Of a stretch of 32,000 nt of DNA, positions 9,501 through 16,987 are shown one piece after another. The stretch's first letter is position 1, and each line of letters starts with the position of its first letter. Source of the stretch: Citreicoccus inhibens (GTDB lineage Bacteria; Myxococcota; Myxococcia; Myxococcales; Myxococcaceae); assembly GCF_019039035.1 (NCBI RefSeq), contig NZ_JAHNZT010000001.1:242049-274048 (forward strand), read 5' to 3'. Below the pieces are notes generated by a model. That model did no database searches and was not told the origin of the DNA. It saw only the letters and a list, made by a program, of their open reading frames with translations. A program made the translations under genes and the position numbers.

Positions 9501-9886
9501 TGTACCTGCCGGCCGTGGGCGTACCCGCGACGAAGCCGCCCATGGAGAACCTGCTCCGGCGGGCGCGCTCGGCGGGCGTGGGCGTGCTCCTGGCGACGCA
9601 GAGCCCTGGCGACTTCGACTACAAGTGCCGCGAGAACGTGCGCACCTGGTTCGTCGGCTGCGTGCGAGAGGAGCGCGCCATCGGGAAGCTGCGGCCCATG
9701 TTCTCCGAGGCCAAGGTGGATGCATCCCAGACCCTCCCGCCGCAGCGGCAGGGGCAGTTCCACCTGCTGCGCGACGGGCAGGTGCGCAAGCTCAAGGCGG
9801 ACCGCAGCGTCATGCGCACCGAGCAGCTCCCCGAGGATGAAATCCTCCGGCTTGCTCGGCGGACCCAGGAGCGACAGGGCAAGTAG
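6524..9886 (+). CDS. Large dual P-loop NTPase: an N-terminal AAA/ORC-like ATPase module plus a C-terminal HerA/FtsK-like (DUF87-type) ATPase module. Gene C of the candidate system.
   Basis: Module 1 has Walker A LLLVLGESGSGKTHLV (6731-6754) and Walker B-like ALVICVDQMEDI. Module 2 has LTRHCAFLGGTGSGKTTLA (8720-8743), Walker B ATILFDEADLYLP (Asp-Glu at 9488-9493) and the HerA-type VGVLLATQSPGDFD motif. A Pro/charge-rich linker spans about 8340-8620. The gene starts 20 nt after gene B. Confidence 0.85.
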   Translation: MATDARLTAFLTDGCEVFSSVQQGQALWQPDPFDVESMNAQARRAFERLVQRATRRAPPPDSGKLLLVLGESGSGKTHLVRAFRNGVHGKQQGYVGYVPMTVDAAHYDRHVLSNLITSLDHSYASDQGEDSGLTRLSDAMMKRCSSAFAPLIPAEQILDEEELHGVIHSVADELHADPNFSAVDVSLLRALLYLQRRDARFHHRVLQWLRCEDLSPADRKVLGELVPRTADDDPGRMMEHLGLLMGVLGQALVICVDQMEDISDFEQNPRMEPSCRRAMSSLAALAGRVPTAVVVVCCLTDFWTKMRAQLNQAMIDRIENDPEPVELDRLVSAATARDIAARRLSALYAQRQAKPDAADPTYPFPVQGFEKLAGFRARDVLNECRRYRDRAIQDGKLPETFPLVRPARPGTEHPLTPPVTPSPLGQVWIDFKANFKAQVPDQSADIAALLAWAIELGGHELGGPPRFAVRARDGESLEVFEKPAGRELFVALCNKSSRGGHLSKQMAEALRAAAGKVPILVRTTDFPSTLGNQVAEQTSLLLKRGGRRAVIADSDMRELVALQAFRQAHPEQAFLDWTRQSQPITRLKSISDMLGLERLAGQSGAQAAARAPAPTTKRADVQVFEQQRGTFGKPPGLTPNTRRPDAAPRSPQDLDEVAFSGDFEAMGHMLTSHPPEPRKPHSDSTPVINQPIARIPLPDLVTGPLQLGVTEGLLSEPLTMDVEDLTRHCAFLGGTGSGKTTLALSVVEQLLLQGIPALLLDRKGDLASYAKDEAWREKLDVPFLEERRRLLRERVDVALYTPGRSDGRPLAMPLVPRGLEQLPPEEQEQGLQQAADALASMLEYKNNPRDRASRALLSQAIRLLTHRAPQRELSLGMIHELVESMDPTLVQEAKGLDPKLFPKLSQDIATLRMNKRTLLSSTGEKLDLEELLGRGPGANSGRTRLSIVSTKFLGDTPNVLFWVSQLLQEANRWASQHPSPRLQATILFDEADLYLPAVGVPATKPPMENLLRRARSAGVGVLLATQSPGDFDYKCRENVRTWFVGCVREERAIGKLRPMFSEAKVDASQTLPPQRQGQFHLLRDGQVRKLKADRSVMRTEQLPEDEILRLARRTQERQGK

Positions 9887-9924
9887 CGCGGCGGGCGCGT
9901 CTTCCTGCTAGGACACGCCCCCGC

Positions 9925-11379
9925 ATGGATGCCCTGCCTCACCCCGTGCCCACGCTGGACCGCGAGCGCTTCGAGGCGCTCGTGCGTCAGGGCTACTCGC
10001 AGGTTCCCCTCGTTCGCCGGCTCGAGTCCGTCGTCGCGCGCCCCGTGGACCTCTTGCGCGCCCTGCCCACCGAGGGGCGATTCCTCCTGGAGAGCACCCG
10101 CGTCAGCGAAGAGGGACGCTATTCGTTCCTCGGCGCAAGACCGTTCCTTCGCTTCACCGCGAAGGGCGCGCGGTGCCACATCGACGGCGCCGAGCAATCG
10201 GGCTCACCGCTCGACGTCCTCGGGGCGCTGCTGCGGCGATGGAGCGCCCCACGCCTGCTGGGCATGCCGCTCTTCTGTGGCGGCGCGGTGGGCGTCTTCG
10301 CCTACGAGGCGAACCACTACTTCGAGCGCCTGCCTCGACACCCGGGCGATGACCTGGGGATCCCCGACATCGCCCTGCACTTCGTGGACACGTTCCTCGT
10401 GGTGGACCATGTCGAGGGCGCGGTGCTGGCCGTGGCCACGGGCAACGACCACGACGACTGCGCGCGACGGCTGGATGAACTGGAGCGAAGCGCCCGACAG
10501 GCCGTGCCCACGGCCGCGCCACCCGCACCGCCCGCGGATACGCCGCCCGTGGCGTGGCGCTCCAACTTCACGCAGCCGGACTACCTGCGCGCGGTGGAGC
10601 GTGTGCGTGAGTACATCCTCGCGGGGGACACGTATCAGGTGAACCTCTCGCAGCGACTGGAGGTGGACTTCACGGGCGAGCCGCTCGCGCTCTACGACTG
10701 CCTCTGCGCCACCAGCCCCGTCCACTTCGCCAGCTACTTCGAGTTCGATGGCTTCCAAGTGGTGAGCGCGTCCCCCGAGCGGCTGGTGCGAGTGGAAGGC
10801 GGCTGGGCCACCACCCGCCCCATCGCCGGCACACGGCGCCGAGGCACGCCTGAAGAAGAAGCGCGCTTCGTCCACGAACTGCGCACCAGCGAGAAGGAAC
10901 AGGCCGAGCACGCCATGCTCGTGGACCTGGAGCGCAATGACCTGGGCCGCGTGTGCGCGCATGGCACGGTGGCGGTGACGCGGCTGATGGAGATCATCGA
11001 GTACGCCCACGTCCTGCACATCGAATCCGAGGTGAAGGGCCAGCTCGCCCCAGGCGTGGAGCCGCTCGACGTGGTGGGCGCGCTGTTCCCGGGCGGCACC
11101 ATCACGGGCGTCCCGAAGATTCGCACCATGCAGATCATCACCGAGCTGGAGCCCGCGCCCCGCGGCCTCTACACGGGCTCGCTGGGCTACTTCAGCTTCG
11201 CTGGGGGCCTGGACCTGAACATCGTCATCCGCACCCTGTGGGTGAAGGACGGGCGCGCCTACACGCAGGTGGGCGGCGGCATCGTCCACGACTCGGAGCC
11301 CCGCCAGGAATACAAGGAGACGCTCAACAAGGCGCGCTCACAGCTCCTCGCCCTGGCGGCGTGTGGAGGGGCGCGGTGA
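9925..11379 (+). CDS. pabB: Aminodeoxychorismate synthase component I (chorismate-binding enzyme, TrpE/PabB family)
   Basis: Chorismate-utilising motifs [51 protein letters not shown] and [11 protein letters not shown]. It is assigned to PabB rather than TrpE because pabA- and pabC-type genes are tightly linked downstream. Confidence 0.8.
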   Translation: MDALPHPVPTLDRERFEALVRQGYSQVPLVRRLESVVARPVDLLRALPTEGRFLLESTRVSEEGRYSFLGARPFLRFTAKGARCHIDGAEQSGSPLDVLGALLRRWSAPRLLGMPLFCGGAVGVFAYEANHYFERLPRHPGDDLGIPDIALHFVDTFLVVDHVEGAVLAVATGNDHDDCARRLDELERSARQAVPTAAPPAPPADTPPVAWRSNFTQPDYLRAVERVREYILAGDTYQVNLSQRLEVDFTGEPLALYDCLCATSPVHFASYFEFDGFQVVSASPERLVRVEGGWATTRPIAGTRRRGTPEEEARFVHELRTSEKEQAEHAMLVDLERNDLGRVCAHGTVAVTRLMEIIEYAHVLHIESEVKGQLAPGVEPLDVVGALFPGGTITGVPKIRTMQIITELEPAPRGLYTGSLGYFSFAGGLDLNIVIRTLWVKDGRAYTQVGGGIVHDSEPRQEYKETLNKARSQLLALAACGGAR

Positions 11380-11960
11380 TTCTCCTCGTCGACAACTTCG
11401 ACTCGTTCACCTTCAACCTCGTGCAGGCCTTCGGTGCGCTGGGCGCGGAGCTGCTCGTGAGGCGCAACGACGCGCTCACGGTCGCGGACGTGGAGGCGCT
11501 GCGCCCGAGTCACCTCGTCATCTCACCCGGGCCATGCACACCGAATGAAGCGGGGGTGTCGCTCGCGCTCATCCGAGCGTTCGCCGGACGCATCCCGTTG
11601 CTCGGTGTCTGCCTGGGTCATCAGTGCCTGGGACAGGTGTTCGGCGCGAAGGTGGTGCGTGCTCCCGTGCCCGTGCATGGAAAGACGGCCGCGGTCGAGC
11701 ACGCGGGCCAGGGCGTCTTCGAGGGGCTCCCCGTCCCCTTCCGCGCCGCCCGTTATCACTCGCTGGTCGTCGAGCGAGCCTCGCTGCCCGAGGGCCTGGA
11801 GGTCACCGCGTGGCACGGCGACCTCATCATGGGTCTGCGACACCGCGAGCTGCCGCGCGTGGAGGGCGTGCAGTTCCATCCCGAGTCCTTCCTCACGCCC
11901 GAGGGCCCTCGGCTCCTGGCCAACTTCCTGGAGCCGGGGCGCGGACGCCGCCCCGCGTGA
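11376..11960 (+). CDS. pabA: Aminodeoxychorismate/anthranilate synthase component II (class I glutamine amidotransferase)
   Basis: [16 protein letters not shown], the catalytic Cys in [11 protein letters not shown], and the His/Glu pair in GVQFHPES. The GTG start overlaps the pabB stop (GTGA at 11376-11379). Confidence 0.9.
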   Translation: MILLVDNFDSFTFNLVQAFGALGAELLVRRNDALTVADVEALRPSHLVISPGPCTPNEAGVSLALIRAFAGRIPLLGVCLGHQCLGQVFGAKVVRAPVPVHGKTAAVEHAGQGVFEGLPVPFRAARYHSLVVERASLPEGLEVTAWHGDLIMGLRHRELPRVEGVQFHPESFLTPEGPRLLANFLEPGRGRRPA

Positions 11961-11968
11961 CACGCGCC

Positions 11969-12793
11969 ATGCTTTCCACCGTCGCCGTCAACGGCGAGCT
12001 TCGACGCTGGGAGGACCTGCGCCTCCAGGACTTCTCGCAGGGCTACTTCTTCGGCGCGGGCTTCTTCACCACCCTCCGCATCGAGGCGGGCGCGCCGCTG
12101 TTCCTCACGCGCCACCTGGACCGCTTGAAGGCGAGCCTCGCGGCCCATCCCCGCGCCGTGCGCGCCCCTCCCTCCGAGCAGCTCGACCCCAGCACCGTGC
12201 GCGACGTCTTGCGGCGCTGCCTGGCCACGGACGCCGCGCTCGGCACGGGCTTCGATGGCGTGGCCAAGTTGGCGGTGAGCGACGGCCACGCGCTGCTCAC
12301 CTTTCGCCCTCACGCGGCGGACTTCGCGACACTCCAGCGGGAAGGGCGCGCCGTGGACGCAGTCGAGCCCGGTGCATACCGACACGGGGAGGTGTCCGTG
12401 AACCACAAGGGCCTCTCGTACTTCCGACAGTACGCGCACCTGCCCCGGCAGCCGCTGCTGTGCAACGAGGCGGCCCAGGTCTGCGAGCTGCCCACCGCGA
12501 ACCTCTTCTTCCACCTGGACGGCGCGCTCGTCACGCCCCCGGTCGACGCACCGTGCCTGCCCGGCATCGCCCGAGCGGTGCTGCTCGACGCGGGCCACGT
12601 GGCGGGGCTGCCCGTGCGAGAGGAGGAGGTTCCGCTCGCGCGGCTCGCGCGGGCGCGCGCGGCCTTCTCTACCAACGCCGTGGCGCTGGCCGTGGGCATC
12701 TCCCACCTGCTGGACCGCGCGCTGCCGGAGAGCGCCTCGCTGGCCGCGCACGCCCGGGCCTTGCTCTCCGCCCAGGCGAGCCGCGAGCCCTGA
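11969..12793 (+). CDS. pabC: Aminodeoxychorismate lyase / class IV aminotransferase-fold protein
   Basis: ATG 11969 (MLSTVAVNGELRRWEDL...GYFFGAGFFTTLR). Fold-type IV motifs are present: E-x-x-TANLFF-x-DGALVTPP and GIARAVLL. It starts 8 nt after pabA. The upstream part of the 389-aa ORF overlaps pabA in another frame. Confidence 0.75.
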   Translation: MLSTVAVNGELRRWEDLRLQDFSQGYFFGAGFFTTLRIEAGAPLFLTRHLDRLKASLAAHPRAVRAPPSEQLDPSTVRDVLRRCLATDAALGTGFDGVAKLAVSDGHALLTFRPHAADFATLQREGRAVDAVEPGAYRHGEVSVNHKGLSYFRQYAHLPRQPLLCNEAAQVCELPTANLFFHLDGALVTPPVDAPCLPGIARAVLLDAGHVAGLPVREEEVPLARLARARAAFSTNAVALAVGISHLLDRALPESASLAAHARALLSAQASREP

Positions 12794-12799
12794 CGCACG

Positions 12800-13345
12800 C
12801 TAGTGGCCGGAGGCACCGCCGCTGCCCTCCTCGGGCGGCGTGCCGGTGCTCGGCACCGCGGGGCTGGTCCCGATTCCCTTGTTCGCCTTCCACACCTGGG
12901 GCGACGGGTCGAAGCGCGCGCCATAGTTGCGCGGGGAGGGCAGCCCACTGGCCGCGCCCTGCACGGCTCCGGCGCCCCCGGTGCCGACCTCCACGCAGCC
13001 CTCTTGAATCACCGCGCCGCGCGAACTCAGGCGCGCGTTGCCCTCGCGCTGCGTGGCGCCGCCCGTGTCGTAGTACTCGCCGTAGCCCTCGTAGAAGTTG
13101 AGGCCGTGGGCGCGCAGCATGGACTGCGTGCGCGGCTCCTCCACGGGGTCCCAGGACTTCTCCTCGCTGGAGCCCTCGCCGTTCGCCACGGCCTCGGCGG
13201 ACGCGGTGTCCGGGGGCGGAATGCCCTGGCCAGCCTTGGCTTCCGCCTCGGCGTCCGCATGGCTTCTCGCCCGCTCCGATGGGGACTGATGGGCACAGGC
13301 GGACAAGGCGAGCACAGCGAGCGCGGGCAGCAGGGAAGGCTTCAT
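12800..13345 (-). CDS. Hypothetical lipoprotein
   Basis: Signal peptide with lipobox MKPSLLPALAVLALS-A-C. 181 aa with good G/C third-position bias. Convergent with pabC (6-nt gap). Confidence 0.7.
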   Translation of the reverse strand: MKPSLLPALAVLALSACAHQSPSERARSHADAEAEAKAGQGIPPPDTASAEAVANGEGSSEEKSWDPVEEPRTQSMLRAHGLNFYEGYGEYYDTGGATQREGNARLSSRGAVIQEGCVEVGTGGAGAVQGAASGLPSPRNYGARFDPSPQVWKANKGIGTSPAVPSTGTPPEEGSGGASGH

Positions 13346-13584
13346 GAGTGCGGCTCCTGAAGTGTTTTCTTCCCATCAAGGTGGAGAGCCGGCCGCCTCG
13401 GGGACAACCGTCGGGCGTCCCACCGAGCGGCGCCCGCGCCGTCGCAGGTGGCCCGAGCGGGCACCCGGGCCCGCGCCCTGAAACCCCCGACCGGGAGTGC
13501 GCGCGCGTGGGGATTGAATCTCCGCCGCCCCGCCGCGTCAGAATGCCCAAGACGCAACACGATGCGGTTCATCAGGAGGCAGTC

Positions 13585-13995
13585 ATGAACGGATGGATGA
13601 AGCGGGTCTCGGTGGTCTTCGCCCTCGCAGCCAGCACCCCGGTCTTCGCGCAGCCGGGCGTCCATGATGCCTCCGCCATCGGCACCCGTGACACGAACTC
13701 CCAGCGGGAGCGCGAGCGCATCGCCCGCGAGAACCACGAGCGCGCCGAGCGCGAGCGCGTCGCCCGGGAGCGCGCCGAGCGCGACCGCCGCGAGCGGATG
13801 GAGCGGGAGCGGGCCGATCGGGAGCGCGAGCGCCTCGCCCGCCGGGAGTACGAGCGCCGGGAGCGCGAGCGCCGGGAGCAGGAGCGCCGCGAGCAGGAGC
13901 GCCGCGAACGGGCCGAGCGAGAGCGCCGCGAGCGGGAGCGCCTGGCCCAGTTGGAGCGCGAGCGGTGGGAGCGCAACCACCACGGTCACCACTAA
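13585..13995 (+). CDS. Secreted Glu/Arg-repeat protein (predicted long charged helix) with a His-rich C-terminus
   Basis: ATG 13585 is preceded by AGGAGG (13575-13580). Sec-type signal MNGWMKRVSVVFALAASTPVFA|QP. About 90 residues that are almost entirely E/R follow (RERERIARENHERAERERVARERAERDRRERMERERADRERERLARREYERRERERREQERREQERRERAERERRERERLAQLERERWERN), ending in HHGHH. Confidence 0.6.
   Translation: MNGWMKRVSVVFALAASTPVFAQPGVHDASAIGTRDTNSQRERERIARENHERAERERVARERAERDRRERMERERADRERERLARREYERRERERREQERREQERRERAERERRERERLAQLERERWERNHHGHH
13702..13977. repeat. Low-complexity (GAGCGC/GAGCGG)n-like coding repeat
   Basis: Degenerate hexamer repeats encode the E/R tract. They keep several frames open on both strands (ORFs 13572..13976 minus, RS-rich; 13664..14014 plus, AS-rich). 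Confidence 0.7.
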
Positions 13996-14182
13996 GCGAT
14001 TGAGCAGGTCGTGAGCCTCCGGGGCTCGCTCGAACTCCGCGCCCAGGCGCGCGAGCGAGCGGGCCCCGCGCCGTTTCCCCTGCCCGAGTTCCGTGCGGCC
14101 CCGAGCGCGCCTCCGCGCACAGCCCCTACATTGTGGGCAGGAGCCCTCCGCAGTCTCCGGTGAGGGCTCGCGCGGAGGTGGA

Positions 14183-16987
14183 ATGGACGAGGAAAGCCAG
14201 GCCCTCCCCAACGAGCGGGAGCGAATGCTCCACCGCCAGGCCGTCCTCTTGGAGCAATCCATCCTGCTCGAGCTGGCCGCCGCGCGGACCTCGGACTTCG
14301 AGGCCAGCCTGCGCCAGATTCTCCAGAGCGACGCGGAGCTGCTGGGCGTCGACCGGGTGAGCTACTGGACCTTCGAGCAGGACTCCCGCGCGCTCCTCTG
14401 CCGTCTCCTGTACGTGCGCGGCCAGGGCGCGTCCGAGCCCGGCATCCGACTGCTGGCGAGCGAATACCCCCACTACTTCGAGGCGCTCGCGCAGGCCCCC
14501 TTCATCGCGTCCTCGGACGCGCAGGTGGATCCGCGCACGCGGGAGTTCAGCGCCAGCTACCTGCGGCCCCTCGGCATCAGGGCCATGATGGATGTCCCAG
14601 TCTGGGTCCAGGGCCGGCTGGGAGGCGTCGTCTGTCACGAGCACCAGGGCACCCAGCGCATCTGGACCTTGGAGGAGCAGTCCCTCGCGCGTTCCATCGG
14701 GCACCTGGTGTCCATGGCCCTGGAGTCCACCGAGCGGCACCGGGCCGAGGACTCCTTGAGGCAGAGCGAGGAGCACTTCCGCCTGCTCGTCGACGGCGTG
14801 AAGGACTACGCGCTCGTGATGTTGGATCCGGACGGGCAGGTGGTGAGCTGGAACGCGGGAGCCGAGCGCATCACCGGCTATGGCGCGCAAGAAGCGCTGA
14901 CGAAGCACTACACGGACTTCCAGACGAAGGAGAGCGTGGAGCGCGGTTGGCCCCAGCTCCAGCTCCTGGGCGCGTCCGAGGCGGGCCGGGTGGAAGTCGA
15001 AGGCTGGCGCGTTCGCAAGGACGGCTCGCGCTTCTGGGCGAACGTCGTGCTCACCTCGCTGCGCGCGCCCGACGGACGGCTGCGCGGCTTCGCCGAGGTG
15101 AGCCGCGACCTGACCGAGCAGAAATGGGCCGAGCATCAGCGCGGCCTGCTCGTGGAGGCGAGCGCCTCCGAGCAACGCCAGCGCCTGTTGTCGGAGGTGA
15201 GCTCGGCGCTCGTGTCCTCGTTGGATGTCTCCGCGGCGCTCGCGGCGCTCGCGCATCGCGTGGTGCCGCTCCTGGCGGACGCGTGCATCCTCCACCTGGA
15301 ACATGAGGGCGGGCTGAAGCTCGCCGCGTGTGAGCAGGGCTTCGGCGCGATGGAGGTCGACGTGTGCCGCCTCTTGAGCGGCCCCACCCCAGCGCTCGAA
15401 CCACCTCCCGCGTTGCTCCAGGTGCTGCGCACCGGCAAGGCGCGTCGCATCCGTCACCTGGGGCGGCTCATGCATCGGCTTGGACCGCGCATCGCCAGGC
15501 CCGGGTCCACGCTCGCGTCCCTGGAGCCGTTCTCGGTGATGATGGCGCCCCTGCTCGCCCGCGGACGCGTGCTGGGGACGCTCACCTTGCTGAGGAACGC
15601 GCCCGCGTATCCGTACTCGCGCGCGGAGCTGCTGCTGGCCGAGGAACTGGCGCGTCGATCCGCCTACGCCGTGGACAACGGGCGGCTCTACGAGGAGCTG
15701 CGCCGCGCCGAGCAGTCACAGCGACTGCTCGACGAGGCGAGCAAGACCTTGGCGGAGTCACTCGACTACGAGACGACGCTGTCGCGCGTCGCGCACCTGG
15801 GCATCCCGCAGATGGCGGACTGGTGCGTGGTGGACGTGCTGGAGGAGTCCGGCACACCGCGGCGCATCGCGCTCGCGCACGCGGACCCCTCCAAGCTGGC
15901 GATGCTCCAGGAACTCCAGGACCGGTATCCCGCGCGGCGGGACTCCCATCCGCCCGCGGCCCGCGTGCTCCGCACGGGCGTCTCGGAGATCTTCCCCACC
16001 ATCACCGACGAGCGGCTGAAGGCCGTCGCGTCGGATGCGCACCACGAGCACCTCCTCCGGGAGCTGGGGACCCGCACCGCCATCGCCGTGCCGCTGCGTG
16101 CGCGGGGCCGGATCCTCGGCGCCATCACGTTCGCCTCGGGCGCAGGGCGCGTCTACGGCCCCGCCGACCTCCAGCTCGCGGAGCAGCTCGCCCATCGCAC
16201 CTCGATGGCCATCGACAATGCACGCCTGTATCAGCGCGCCCGCGTCGCCATCGACTCGCGGGATGAGTTCCTCTCCATCGCCTCGCATGAGCTGCGCACG
16301 CCCGTCACCACGCTGCATCTCCAGCTCCAGACGATTCAACGCATGGGTCGGGCAAGACAGGACCTGGAGCTGACGCGCCGGGTGGATGTGGCGGTGAAGC
16401 AGATGCACCGGCTCGACAAGCTGATTGATGGATTGCTCGACGTGTCGCGCATCACCGCCGGCAAGCTCCACTTCGACCTGGAGCCGTTGGACCTCTCCGA
16501 GCTCGCGGCCGAGGTGGTGGAGCAGTTCCAAGTCGAGGCCCACCGCGCGGGCTGCGAGCTGCGCCTCCACGCCGACGAGCCGGTGACGGGCCTGTATGAC
16601 CGCCTGCGGCTGGAGCAGGTCCTGGCCAACCTGCTGTCCAACGCCTTCAAGTACGCGCGAGGCAAGCCCGTGCAGGTGACGGTGCGGTCCGCGCCCGGCG
16701 ACCTCGCCCTGCTCACCGTCGAGGACCAGGGCATCGGCATCTCGGAGGCGGACGCGACGCGCATCTTCAGTCGCTTCGAGCGAGCCGTCTCGCCTCGTCA
16801 CTATGGCGGCTTGGGCCTGGGCCTCTTCATCACCCAAAGCATCGTGCAGGCCCACGGCGGCACCATCCACGTCACGAGCCGCCCCGGAGAAGGCTCGCGC
16901 TTCACCGTCTGCCTGCCACGTCGACCCGAGACCGCGCGCGCGTTGGACGGCGCCGTGTCCTCGGCTCAGGAAGCCTCTCCCCCGTGA
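14183..16987 (+). CDS. Cytoplasmic multi-sensor histidine kinase (GAF-PAS-GAF-GAF-HisKA-HATPase_c)
   Basis: PAS region EEHFRLLVDGVKDYALVMLDPDGQVVSWNAGAERITGY...RKDGSRFWANV. H-box FLSIASHELRTP (His codon at 16286-16288), N-box LANLLSNAFKYA, G-boxes VEDQGIGI and GGLGLGLFI. No TM segments and no receiver domain. The likely start is ATG 14183, preceded by GGAGGTG. Confidence 0.9.
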   Translation: MDEESQALPNERERMLHRQAVLLEQSILLELAAARTSDFEASLRQILQSDAELLGVDRVSYWTFEQDSRALLCRLLYVRGQGASEPGIRLLASEYPHYFEALAQAPFIASSDAQVDPRTREFSASYLRPLGIRAMMDVPVWVQGRLGGVVCHEHQGTQRIWTLEEQSLARSIGHLVSMALESTERHRAEDSLRQSEEHFRLLVDGVKDYALVMLDPDGQVVSWNAGAERITGYGAQEALTKHYTDFQTKESVERGWPQLQLLGASEAGRVEVEGWRVRKDGSRFWANVVLTSLRAPDGRLRGFAEVSRDLTEQKWAEHQRGLLVEASASEQRQRLLSEVSSALVSSLDVSAALAALAHRVVPLLADACILHLEHEGGLKLAACEQGFGAMEVDVCRLLSGPTPALEPPPALLQVLRTGKARRIRHLGRLMHRLGPRIARPGSTLASLEPFSVMMAPLLARGRVLGTLTLLRNAPAYPYSRAELLLAEELARRSAYAVDNGRLYEELRRAEQSQRLLDEASKTLAESLDYETTLSRVAHLGIPQMADWCVVDVLEESGTPRRIALAHADPSKLAMLQELQDRYPARRDSHPPAARVLRTGVSEIFPTITDERLKAVASDAHHEHLLRELGTRTAIAVPLRARGRILGAITFASGAGRVYGPADLQLAEQLAHRTSMAIDNARLYQRARVAIDSRDEFLSIASHELRTPVTTLHLQLQTIQRMGRARQDLELTRRVDVAVKQMHRLDKLIDGLLDVSRITAGKLHFDLEPLDLSELAAEVVEQFQVEAHRAGCELRLHADEPVTGLYDRLRLEQVLANLLSNAFKYARGKPVQVTVRSAPGDLALLTVEDQGIGISEADATRIFSRFERAVSPRHYGGLGLGLFITQSIVQAHGGTIHVTSRPGEGSRFTVCLPRRPETARALDGAVSSAQEASPP

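Noticed and set aside
6500-9763. Minus-strand ORFs of 466 aa (6500..7900) and 499 aa (8264..9763) inside gene C
   Set aside because: They are antisense to a frame with two complete Walker A/B sets. Their composition is dominated by R/G/A/L/E/H and they carry no motifs.
9893-9920. Hairpin between gene C and pabB as a terminator
   Set aside because: The 9-bp stem (GGGCGCGTC / GACACGCCC) has one mismatch and a 10-nt loop, has no U-tract, and ends 4 nt before the pabB ATG. It is too weak to annotate and is mentioned only under the pab finding.
4108-9924. Genomic-island or mobile-element boundaries around the candidate system
   Set aside because: I found no integrase, transposase, tRNA or flanking direct repeats. 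GC content looks similar to the surroundings. Only a modest by-eye relaxation of codon bias in gene A was noted, which is not enough to call an island.
13702-13977. Tandem repeat tract considered as a CRISPR array or non-coding minisatellite
   Set aside because: The units are degenerate hexamers with no unique spacers. They sit inside an ORF that has an RBS and a signal peptide, so they are better explained as a coding low-complexity repeat.
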